Assembly (NCBI GenBank): GCA_040954595.2
Contig: CM082583.2
Coordinates: 12,376,987-12,440,986 of the forward strand
Length of the DNA: 64,000 nt
Origin: Balanoglossus misakiensis
Lineage: Eukaryota > Animalia > Hemichordata
Direction: 5' to 3'
Each line of letters opens with the position of its first letter. The first letter of the stretch is position 1. The translations under genes and the position numbers were made by a program. Below the pieces are notes generated by a model, which ran no database searches, was not told the DNA's origin, and was given only the letters and a program-made list of their open reading frames with translations. Of the stretch, positions 27,041 through 39,100 are shown piece after piece.

Positions 27041-27153
27041 TCATCTTTCATCATTGTTACATGTGTGGCAACACTGTTCTTCATAGACTTTCAGTGAGCA
27101 CATCTTCAGTCTCTTCACCATACTGCAATATGTTGATTCATCAACACAGGACT
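27041..27153 (-). CDS. ADAMTSL1/3: ADAMTSL exon 21 (PLAC domain, stop)
   Basis: [36 protein letters not shown]; TGA at 27043-27041. Confidence 0.92.
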
Positions 27154-30100
27154 CTGGCAAAAATAAATGAAAGAATGAGGACTTTAGTGACCTTGCATAA
27201 TTATGTAGTTACCCACAGATGATGACTGCAATGACTTAAGAGTCACGCTGTCTACACGTATTGATGATACTTACTTGCAGGACATTGGTTTCTGTTGCAG
27301 GCCCGTACAAGTTCAGGTTTGGTCTTCTTGCGACAGTACATAACATCTGCAGGTTGTCTCTTGCCTTTGTACACACACCCAAGCGTTCGGGTCTGTGTGC
27401 CTGTATCGCCACAGGATTCAGAACACTGCAATAGAAAGTCTGAGTATGTTGAGTTTGATGGCAGCAATGAGTGTACATGTACTTCAAGATCTATGCAAAT
27501 TTAATCTTAAAAAGTGAGCAGATTTGATAGAAGAATTAGAAACCGCTGGACTCTTAACGCAGTCGGTTTCCAAAGTGGGAGTCATTTTTATCTTTGTACA
27601 GTCATCACAGTTCTATTGTACTGTCACAAACCTGTGTCCACTTTGACGGGCGCCACACAGCTTCACAAGCATCACTGTGGCACTGCTGTCTACCTGAAGG
27701 CTTTTCATCCTTTTGACAATTTTTATTGGGCAAGACTGTTCCATCTGGTACTACACAATCAACCGTCCGCCTCTGTATTGCTGTGTACTGCTTGATACAC
27801 CTGGTATTGCACTGAAAATAGACACAAGCTTAAGGTAGCATTATGCCCACCATCCTGTGATGTGATGTCATTGCTCCATCTGACTATGCATAATTCTCAA
27901 ATCTTTTTAGTTTTCTAGCAATTCTCAATGTAATCCCATGGGATGAAACAAATTTGACGTTCTCATTGTTCTCGTACAGGTATGTCTTTAATTTATTAAC
28001 TCACATCAGACCAGTCTCCAGTCACCCAGGAAGGACAAGGCTGTAGAAAACATGGCTGCATTACAGGTGGAGTGTCGAGTGACTGACAGAACTCTGGTTC
28101 TACTTCTTTAGTGCTGTTAGTGTCTATCATAAAAGCCTCGCAATGAATACTACGAATCTGGACACCACCATCGCCACAACTTTCTGAACAATCACTCCAT
28201 CTGCCGGCTGACCACCTTGAAAAAAAAATACAAAGTTTAACAATTTCATCAACAAAACCTTAATTTTCGTGTGGACTAGTTCTGACAAATATTAACAACA
28301 GTTAATAAATAAAATACTGTTTCAATAACAGATAATACTTACCTAACACTATCCGAATTTGCTACAATAGCTGAAAGGGCCTTGTCTGAAATCCAGAAGA
28401 AAATAACGTTAGTTTAGTGCGTTGATTGGAATCTGATCGTGAGACAGTTGGTAAACATGAACTCTCCACAGACTTCGTTTGGAAAGTTGCCACAACCTCT
28501 ACACCTATGTAAATCTTACCTTGGACAGACAATGTGAAATGTTCACTGACTGTGCCTGCAACACAGCTGTAAGTCCCAACATCATCATCAGCAACCTTGT
28601 GTATCTTCAATCGACCGTCTTTCAACACTTTCGCTCTGTCATCATGCCGTTCAATAGCCTCTGTGTTTCGATGCCATTTGATGTGTGATCGCTTGAACCA
28701 CTTCACTGGGCATTTGATGATGACTGTTGTGTGAGGAAACACACTGGCACTGCCACCAACGGTGAAGATCAATTTGCTGTTGAAATGTTCCTGGATGAAG
28801 TTGGAGTTATCGCCCAGTATTACTGGTTCTTTCTTCCCTGATGGTTTTTCTTCAATGACTGTAAGCAAGAGGGTAAAAGAAAGTATATTTAACTAAAATT
28901 CTTCCAGGATTTTGGACTTTCAAGGAGTGGTAGCAAATTTCAGTACTGTCCAGGATTTTCCAGGAGCTTACGAAACTTAGGTCAGGATTTCCAAGCTTTC
29001 ATGAAAGCCTTTTACCTGGGCAGGGTGGTCCTCCACATGGCTGTATTAACAGTGGCTGTTCTAAAGGGTCACAGTCATTGAGGTCAGCTATTTCTTGTTC
29101 TCCGAAGGATGACTCTTTCATGCAGAGCACAGCACGTATCTGAAGATCTTCCCCACAAGTCACAGGACACTATTACAATCAAATGAAATGATGTGCAGAT
29201 AGTTAGTTATTTCATCATGATGTTCGCTCTATAAAATACTAAATTTTTCAATAATTTGGAACTTGCAACAACATCACTTACGTCAGACCATGGCTGAGGT
29301 ACCCACAATGCAATGCCACCACCACAATCTTGCTGATTACAGATCTGTTGCTGTTCAGGTTTCATCTCCATGCAGAAGACTTCTGGTAGCTCTATGGCAT
29401 GGCCCAATGCCAGAAGTTGCACACAGCTGACTGCGCGTGTCTGGATGCCACCACCACAGCTCTGTGTGCACTGCAGGCGAGGATGAAAAGACAATTGCAC
29501 ATGTAGTTATCAACTGAATAACAATTCCAAATGTGGATATTAAAGCTATGAAACATGGTCACTATGGTCACTATTTTCAACCCAACTTTACCTGTAACCA
29601 CTCTGTCACTTTCCAAGCTGGTGGACAATCCACATGATTACACATCCTGGAGACATCTGGTCTAGGCTCAGTACACATTTCGTCTGGTACTCTGATAGTG
29701 TTGCCACTACCGAAAGCTAACTCTTGGATGCAATACACCTGTGGATATTGGACTCCGCCACCACAAGACACAGTACATTCTCCATATGTTTCTGCAACTT
29801 CCCACCTAGAAAAGAAGAAAACCTCATCAGAAATTGTAGGTAGTGGTGGATTTTTTTTGAGAGGCCACCCAAGTGAAAATCTGTGATTGGCTGGATCTCC
29901 ACCTCTCCATGGTAACTGTGCACTGGTTAAATTTACACAGGTGAACATATACTTTTGGGTTTAGACCAAGCTGTTCAAGCTAATGACTATTCACTCCCTG
30001 TGAATCTACAGTGAAATGATGTAAGAATCCAGAAACAATAATTAACTTACATAGGTGGGCAGGGAAAGTTGTTACAGGAATGTTGCACTTCTGGCAAAGC

Positions 30101-33100
30101 TTCAGCAAAGTCACAGAACATGTCACTAACAACTCTGTCTTCTGTCATGCTGTAACATTCTATGATGGCTGTCTGCACACCTATAGCAAAGTATAGACCA
30201 TTTGCAGTTACAGATTTACTACTGGTATCTTCAAGTACTAATTAAATTCATGAACCAAAAACTTTAATAGTTGTCCTGTCCTTAATCCACTTACCTCCAA
30301 GACAGGAAACACTGCACTCAGTGTATCCATTGTACCTCCACACATAGGCAGGGTCCCAGTCTTCTAAACTATTAGACGGAGATATAGGAACAATGGTGCC
30401 CACTTCAGAATTCACAGCAGCAGGGTATTCACCCCCTTCATTCATACAGGCACCCGCGTTGCAAATCTGAATGTCCAGTGGCCGCATGGACTCATCACAC
30501 TGGTCAACGGGTAGATCGACCACTTCATTGGTGGACTCGCGAAGAACTTGACAGACCACAGAACGTAGCTGCGTGCCCACACCACAGAAAGCACTGCAGG
30601 GACTCCAGTCACCAACCACAAAGCTAATGATGTAGGAATAAAACGACAAGAATTTCAATTTTTGTTTCAGAAATTTAAGGCAATATCATTTGCATTGGCC
30701 CAAAATCAGGCGATATTCAAATGTTCAAGTGTGGACAGACAAAATCTAAAAGAGGAGTTTAAGTATATGTACTTTTTGTATGTCATCTTGAAAATTAAAG
30801 AATAAATATTTTCATGTCTAAAGATGATAAATCTTTTCAGAAGAAGGCATACCTCGGCTCGTAAGACAGTTGCTCTTGAATAAGTTCTTCTTTCAGCTTG
30901 ACAAAATGTGGTTCAGATACTTTAATAACCATTCCGTGATGATCAGTATCTATGAAAACAATGATACTTGATAATTCTTTTCATGGTAGTAGTAAGTGTA
31001 TTATTAACAGAACTATTTGATGAGTTGCTCTAGAAGTTATTTTAAAACCAAAACATCAAATACAGTATATATCCTCAAAATATAAACTGTTAAATTTGTC
31101 TTCCAGCTACCAAAGCTGTTGTACAGACCTTGTTCTTTAATGCAGAGTACTGCAGACACACAGTGCTTTTCCTCGGCGGGTTTTGCGTTCGGATCACATC
31201 CATTGGCCTCATCGGTATTATGGCCCTTGCAGAGGACCCGGCGAAACATGGTGCCTGTTCCGCAAGTTGCTGTACACTGCAATTCAAATATGGATGTGAA
31301 CCGGTAGTATGTACCTCAAAATCAACGTCTTAAAACTTTTCTCATATGATAATATTCATAAGTGACTTTTTGTATAAAATTATTGATACATGTATCGGAA
31401 AATGGAGTGACTTACCTGAGACCATGGTCCTGGGTACCACATGGGACAGTGGTCCATATTGCATACTCTATTGGTATCAGGTTTTGTACCAGAGCAAAGC
31501 ATATCATTCTTCAACACCATACTGGATTCTGATCTCTCTGCACAGTAGACATTCCGGGTCTGTCTACCACCTCCACAAGTCTTGGAACATTCACTCCATG
31601 GATCAGTTATCCACCTGGAAATCACCAAAATGATGGAAGTTACTACAAATGAAGTATGGAAGCGGTGTGCTCAAATGTCAACTAGTGACTTCCTCTTATC
31701 TGAGCAGCTGCAACTTGGTTGTTGGCATGACTCTGCAACATTTTGATATTCAAATTATTCTTTATTGTATTATTCTTTATTTGATCCAGAAATATTTTTT
31801 TCCATTTGCAAAATTGAAGAAGACAATGTGCGGTACAGTATGCAAAAGTTAGAGGTTAATTTTGTTATTGAAATTTCTCTGTAACCTAATTATTAAAGCT
31901 GTCTTTGTTCAATTTTGTCTTTTAATGAAGCCTTTACTGTATAATCACCACTGTTAATGCACAGTGAAAGAAAGCATTGCAAAAGTTACAGCTAATGGAG
32001 CTTTAATCAGGATATGAAAGAACCTCTCCTATCTCCCCTGCTAAGCAGCAGGCACCCTATAACGACCCAGCAGAGAAAATGAATGTGTGGACTACTACCT
32101 ACGTGTCCTGGGCACTTATATACATGCTCCATAGAAAACTGAAGGGCAAAAATGTCAAAAATAGTCACTCTAATGTTGTGATACAATTCATCCACTTGAT
32201 CAGAGATTTTCCATCAAGAAATCAACACATCAAACAGTGAATCAGGAGTTACAAATATCCCAACTTTTGGATGTTCCTTTGCTTTGCAATTATAGTCACT
32301 TTTACATGATGGAAGGATGGAAACTATTATTATTATAGTGAATGGGTGAGTGTACCTTGGTGGGCACTGTTGCTCATTGCACAGTTTAGATTCTGTAGCC
32401 GGTTTGTGTTTGGGGTCACAGTGACTTTCATCAACCTCGGCTCCCGTCCTGATGTCTATGCACTTCACATGGGGTCTCTTGAAACCTGTGGATAACAAAT
32501 TAAGCATTTTTTAAAGTAAGGGAACTTTTGAAAACATATCTCCTTTTGTAAGATCTTTGCATTATCCCCAGCGTCAATATGTGTCACCTGTGGACAAAAA
32601 CACATTTTATGAACAATTTAATACAAAAATGGCAGTCTCTTTTTCCAAAAGACATTATTAGTTAAAGTGAGACGGTCTGGGGTGACACATTCTCTTAGGT
32701 ACATATTGCTGCAGTTTTGCAGCCCCTCCGTCTCCCCTGGACGATTTTTGTTTTTACATATAGCTGTAGCTGTAATACCCTAGTACCAGTAGCCAGTGTG
32801 TACCCTACACACTGTCTTGAGCAGTATCAAGAACAAAATACCATAGTGTAAGAGTTTAAAAAGAGGGACATGTTGTCTGTACCGACCAAATTAGTGTTTA
32901 TCACTCACCTAGGTAGTAAAAACCTATTTAACCCTTTCACCCCCGGTTCCCTCTATACAGGTCCAACTTTACCATAGAAAACAATGGATATGGATCAAAC
33001 CATGGTGGTGAAAGGGTTGAGGTACTGATAACTACAAAAGAGTTTTACAAATGTACATCCTTATTTCATTGTTCAACCTGGCTATCATACTACATACATT

Positions 33101-36100
33101 CCAGGATGTCACAGTAAAAGAAGACAAAGCTTTTCCATTCTACTCAAATATTTAAAAGTTACAATACTCTCTTTTTAACACATTAGACTCTACTCTGTAT
33201 TAAACAATTTTAACAAAAACAGGACTTTCAGTGACAGTTGAATAACAGGATGGTTGTTGAATAAATATGAAGCATGATCGTTGAACGTGAATTAAGCTGT
33301 TTTTAAAAACTATTAATATGTGTATTTGAGCACTATTAATATGTGTACACATTTTTTATAAGCAAAGCAATAAATGTGAGTGACCATACCTCCTCCACAG
33401 GGTGCAGAGCAGTGTGTCCATCCCAGGGTTTTCCAGATGTGCTGCAATGGCTCAATGAACTGGTAGTGTACTTTTCCATGCGTATTGCTGGCTTCAATGT
33501 ACAACACCTGCATGTGCCCAAGCAGCAGATGCGAATTGGGGTTTAGTAAATGATGTATGATTATAATGTGTGCTGCAAGCAGCAAAGCACTTGGGTTAAG
33601 AAATATGGGACTCTTTCAGTAGCTGCTCTTGCTTCAGATCAAAGGGATAGTGGCTGTAACTTTCGATAATATTTTCAGTATTTTTTATTCTATGTATCAC
33701 TTGGCATTTTAATAAACGTGCTTCAGAGAGTAGAACAAGTACTGAAAATACTGAAAATTATCATTGAAAGATACAAATACCGTCCCTTTGAAAACATGAG
33801 ATTATCATGTCAACGTTTAAATTTGTGACTAGACAATGTAAAATGGAACATGTCTCGTATTAATTTGCACACAAAACTTGAGCCACAAATGTGAATTAGT
33901 TTTGTTAGTTAGTGAAATGGAAAATGGCGATTCTTAACAAGTGTCGTGATACAATCACTCCAGTGCTTTTTTTTCAGCTTCCCTGGTCCTCCTTTTACAT
34001 AGAACATCAATTCTGTCATTTGAATTTGGAAATTGCAGCCATATTTGGAAGTGACAGAACCCATACTCACTGTCACGCTAAGATTTGCTGTGGTTGGTCC
34101 TGCAATTTCCAAGATTTCCCTTCCACTACGTGTGTGTGAAAACTGCACAGCATTGTCGCTAACTTCATAGCTCCCTTCAGGGACAGCGTATCCGGCGTTC
34201 TGGTTAAGACCTCGTCTCGTGGTCTTGTCTCTCACCCCTATGTGAGCCTCGCCTTTGAAAGTGACTCGGACGCTGTGACTACCGCTGGGTACAACCACCA
34301 CTTCCTCTATGCCTGTTACATGTATTTCAAAGTTCATCTCTTGTGAGATCCTTGCAATATGCACTTGGCACACATGATGTGACTGTACCATTTGAAAATA
34401 TCTCTATTCTCCACAATGCTGCATAGCAGTTATTTTGATGTGTCAACTTCTCAAACTTGCTATAACATTGTCTTTGGGTATGCTTCACTATTGTTTGAGT
34501 TGGTAATTCCTGACATTATAGCTTTGCAAAATTTCAATATCTAGATAGTAGATTTTTTGGCCTGAACTGTTAAGTTTAGGTGGCCAATCTGAGGACAAGA
34601 TCCAAGTCCTGATACACATGCACTTCAGAGATTTTTTCAATGCATCTTCATCATGGTCATGCAAGTTGACTACATACTTGTACTTGGAATAAGAATCATA
34701 CAGTCATGTACTATTTACATGCATAAAGAATTGGACCGATCTGTAATGCTTTGAGCATTCAAAAAACACCTGATAACATCAACACTGACTTGTCTCAACA
34801 GCACAAGTCTATATACCCATAACAAAGAACTTACTAATATAAAGACATGGATAAGGGAACATACATGTAGTCTATGAGTATCTTCACCACAAAATTCAAA
34901 ATTACTACTGGTATAGGGCGATGAAACCTGCATAAACTAATTGGTCTAAACGTGATAATACAGAACATATATAAACCAAACATTTTTTTCAAGATTAACT
35001 TTCTCAATTCCTCTGGTGGTCAGTCCACACACTGTTTCTAACGAAAGAGAGAAGGAGATTGCTTACCTCTGGAGATATCAGGGGATAATCTGTGATTGCC
35101 TTTGATTGCTTTACATGTTGATCCATCTCCATTGCAAACACCACACTCATCTTCTACAGCAGTAGAGTACAACTCGTAGTCACAACCTACCGGCTGGATA
35201 CAAAACATTATCAGTGATTCCAAATATCTCTCAGAAGAGTTCACATAAATGTTTGGGGTTTTTTCGGGTAGACTTTGCAAAAACTTTAGCATGTTTTGAG
35301 AGATACGTAATCTTGGAAGAAACCGGACATAAAACGCAACGACTTACCACACATGATCCATTAATGCACATGTCTTTTTTGCCAGGAACACACGGCGTTC
35401 CATCCAAAACATTCGGTGCTAGTTCTACCACTATGTCATCGTGACCTTTCGCTTGACAGATTAAAGCGCATAATCTCTCATTATCTGAGTGGATGTGAGG
35501 TATCCATTCATAGAGTTGGTCATTATGTTTATAGTCATCATTAAATCCTGAACATAGGTGTGCTCTGAAATCTTGCGAGTCAGGTGGACATGTCTGCGAA
35601 TAAAAAAAAACAGCCCTCTATAGTTACTCATGTCATTGACTTTTGTTTTTATTATTGGTAACTTTTTTCTAACCCAGGACTGGATAGAAGTAGAGATCTT
35701 GCTCTATTATATAGTTATATAGTGTGTACAAAAATAATTAGCACACTATACCTGAGTACTACATGATCTGAATTTCATCTTTTCACCATGACATTTGTCT
35801 TGAAGACAGCTTCGGAGAGAATAAGACGCTCCTCCTCCACAGGTTCTTGAACATTCGCTCCATGGTCCCCATGACGACCAGTTACTGTGCACTCTACTGA
35901 CCAGCAGCTGTAAGAATAGAAAAACATTTTTTTTTAAATTATGCAAAGTTGTAATCACCAACATCATGTGTACATTCAGGACCAATTCAGGCGCCTTTCT
36001 AAAAAGGCTCCACCTTTTATCAGTGAGGTCAGTACCTTGCCTATAGCGACAATTACTAAAACCAGATTAAAATTCTTGATAAAATCATTTCATGGTTGAT

Positions 36101-39100
36101 TTCTCAGTGACTGATATACAACAGAACTCCCCTCCCCTGCCAAAAGCTGTCCGTTTTATCAACGCGGCAATTCATCATTGCAGAGCCGTTAAAAGTCCAA
36201 GCAGGAGGTACATGTCTCACGACCCCCCTGGGCAAAAAAGGGACACCATGTGGAAAATTCTTCAAACACCATATAATCCCAACTCGGGAGCAGCTTAGAG
36301 CCCCTTCACTTCCAGAGTAATCTGATGCAGGAATTGCAAGATGTCTCCAAGGCAGGGATAATGCTACATTTCAATCATTTGGCTACATTGTATCCAAGCT
36401 TTGACACAAGACCTTTTCTTGATAACAACCGCTCTCTCTTTTAAATTGTCCACTTATATCTCTATGAATATTGGATTGAATCATATCTGGGTCTGTTTAT
36501 TCTTACTTGACATCAAGAATGACATAACTGAAATCTGAAGATCCTGCCGTGATAGAGAGAGCTGAAATGGACCAGTCAAGATGGTGAGAGCTTATATCTG
36601 CTTCTTGATTGCATTTACCACGAACGTTAGAACCATTGATGCATGGAAACAAAAAAACCTCTCTGAAAAGTTTTACAAGTTCCTAATCTCTTGCTTCCAG
36701 CACAATGTATCAGATTTCTGATCTACTTTCAGTGTAAAAACATCGTCCGGTTTTAGTCTTTTTTCATTTGCGAGATTCTATTCACTGTTATATTGTATGC
36801 AGCTAAGAGTCTTGGGGCCAGTTCTCAGGAAAACAATGGTCTGAGGTTGACTTGCCCAAAACTATGCTACATTCTATTGTTTGGGGGAATTCTTTGATGT
36901 AATTTGTTTTGTTTTTGTTTTCTGTTGTGATGTCATTTCAGTCTTTAATCGCAGGATACGCTCATAAAATGAACAGAGTGTTGAATAGTACTGGTACTTG
37001 TTTTGCAAAAACATCTTGAGGTCCTTTCTGATACCCACTTACTTTAAGGTTTTGAGTGCATGTTTTGCCAGATACATGTAACGGTAACACTTGTCAACCA
37101 CTACATTCACTCTAAAACTATTGAAAACAATGTTAAAACTTTTGAAGTTTTCAGATGTGAGGTATAAAAACGTGAACCCTTCATAGACACTCTGTAAAGC
37201 TTGGATTGTAAACACATGATGATCATGGATGACAGCTATGAACTCCCTAGGAAGTCCCAAGGTTTCTTTTGAAACTGATAATTGACAATACACCGCTCCC
37301 CAGAAGGTCAAGTGAGAGAATTACCGATGTTTTCTTGTGGGTGTGTGATCAACAGAGACAGGGGGAAATGCTTTTCACCCAACAGACGCTGTAAATCACA
37401 CAATTAGGTAGTGTGTTAACAGCGTACAAACTATGAAAGATCCACTCTCTTAAGATGCCATCTATATACAAAGCTGGGTAAACTCTGTTGTGATAAAAGA
37501 CGTTTTCATTGCATTCAATGTCCCACCTTTGATGTTAAATCAAGCAGTATAGACTACTTCAAGGTTAGCAGAGGAGGATAGTTCCATTTCCCCCTTTGTA
37601 TATGATTAGGTACAAATTTTCCGTCATTTTCTGATAGTCCTTTGCAATGACCATGAAATTTAACCTTTATTACCCCAATGACCTTTGATTTGTATATACC
37701 TATGACTTTGGAGTTGGCAACCCTACAGAGTAACACACTATTTTCTATGACCATACTTCACCTGAATTGGAATGAATCACAAAAATACATACCATGTACC
37801 AAACTTTAATGTACTCCCCCCAAAATATCACAATAGGAAAATTCAGTTTTGATCAACGATATTTGTCTGTCTGTCGATTCCTCGAAACTCGACAAAGAGT
37901 TTCACTGATGGTGACTGATGTGATGATTCTACGATAAAAGGTAACAAGCTTTCACACACACGGCCACTTGACAGAAGACACATGTGCTGTTGCCATGATC
38001 GCACTCACATTGAAACATTCATTGCTTCAGGGTCTTTCCACTTTGAAACATTCCACACTCTCTCTTCACAATCACAGTCTCCAGAACATGCACAACCTCA
38101 ATCAACATTCAGGAACACAATGATGGCACCTGTTTTTTTATGTGTGTGTGTGTCTGGATCACAACCTCAAAAAAAAAAGGAATCCCTTAACACTAAACAT
38201 CAGAGATTACTCCAATTTCTGTGGTGTGTTTGAAACCATGGCGACCAGTCTGATGATGCCCAGGCAACCATGGTTGCAAGGTTAGCTTACCACTAAGTTC
38301 TGCGGATTTGGGATTTCAATTGTATGGTGTTAATCTGCTCCCCAAGGAAATGCTATTGACCATGTACAGTGGGTGGTTTGATTCTGTTCTATGTAAAAGC
38401 TGACAAGAACAGAGTCAGTCAAATAATAACAAAAATCAAGGTTCTGTTCACAAGTTCTGTTTCTTGTGAACATCCTGATGGCAATACTTATCCATACAAA
38501 GATGCGAAGCTACAGTATCCTATTTTCATGGGATTACACACATTTGTGTGCGACACTGACAAAATTTGCATTCAATACACTTTTAGTATTGGTAAACTGG
38601 TCTGGTTTATCATCACAATTGGTGGTCTGACCTTTCAAGTATCCAAGACCATAAATGTGTGGCACATATGGTGCAATACTGACTTAGTGACCTCGGTTTG
38701 GTAAGAAAATTCCCCTAAATGAAAGAATTCTAATTGCCATTATTCTGGTCTAGCATTTTTAGTTTGAAAGGGAGCATGGTACGTCCATGAAGGGAGGTAC
38801 ATTAAGTAATCATGGAAAATCTATAGTGGTATTATTAAGAAGAGTCCTTCCTTATCTTATAAGAGGATTAGCAAGTCACACAAAGTCGCTTCTGTTCAGC
38901 CTCGGTCTATCCTGGGACCAAGACTAAGAACATATTACACTTGATCATGTGTCGGTCCACTGAAGAGACAAATGAGAATTGATCGATAAAACTATCCAAA
39001 TATGTCATGATTATGTCACATAAATATCAGAAGCTGCCTTATGCAGCCTTTGATTCAAACTTCGCTGTATGAAAAATCAAGCGAAAGATGCTATTGGTAG

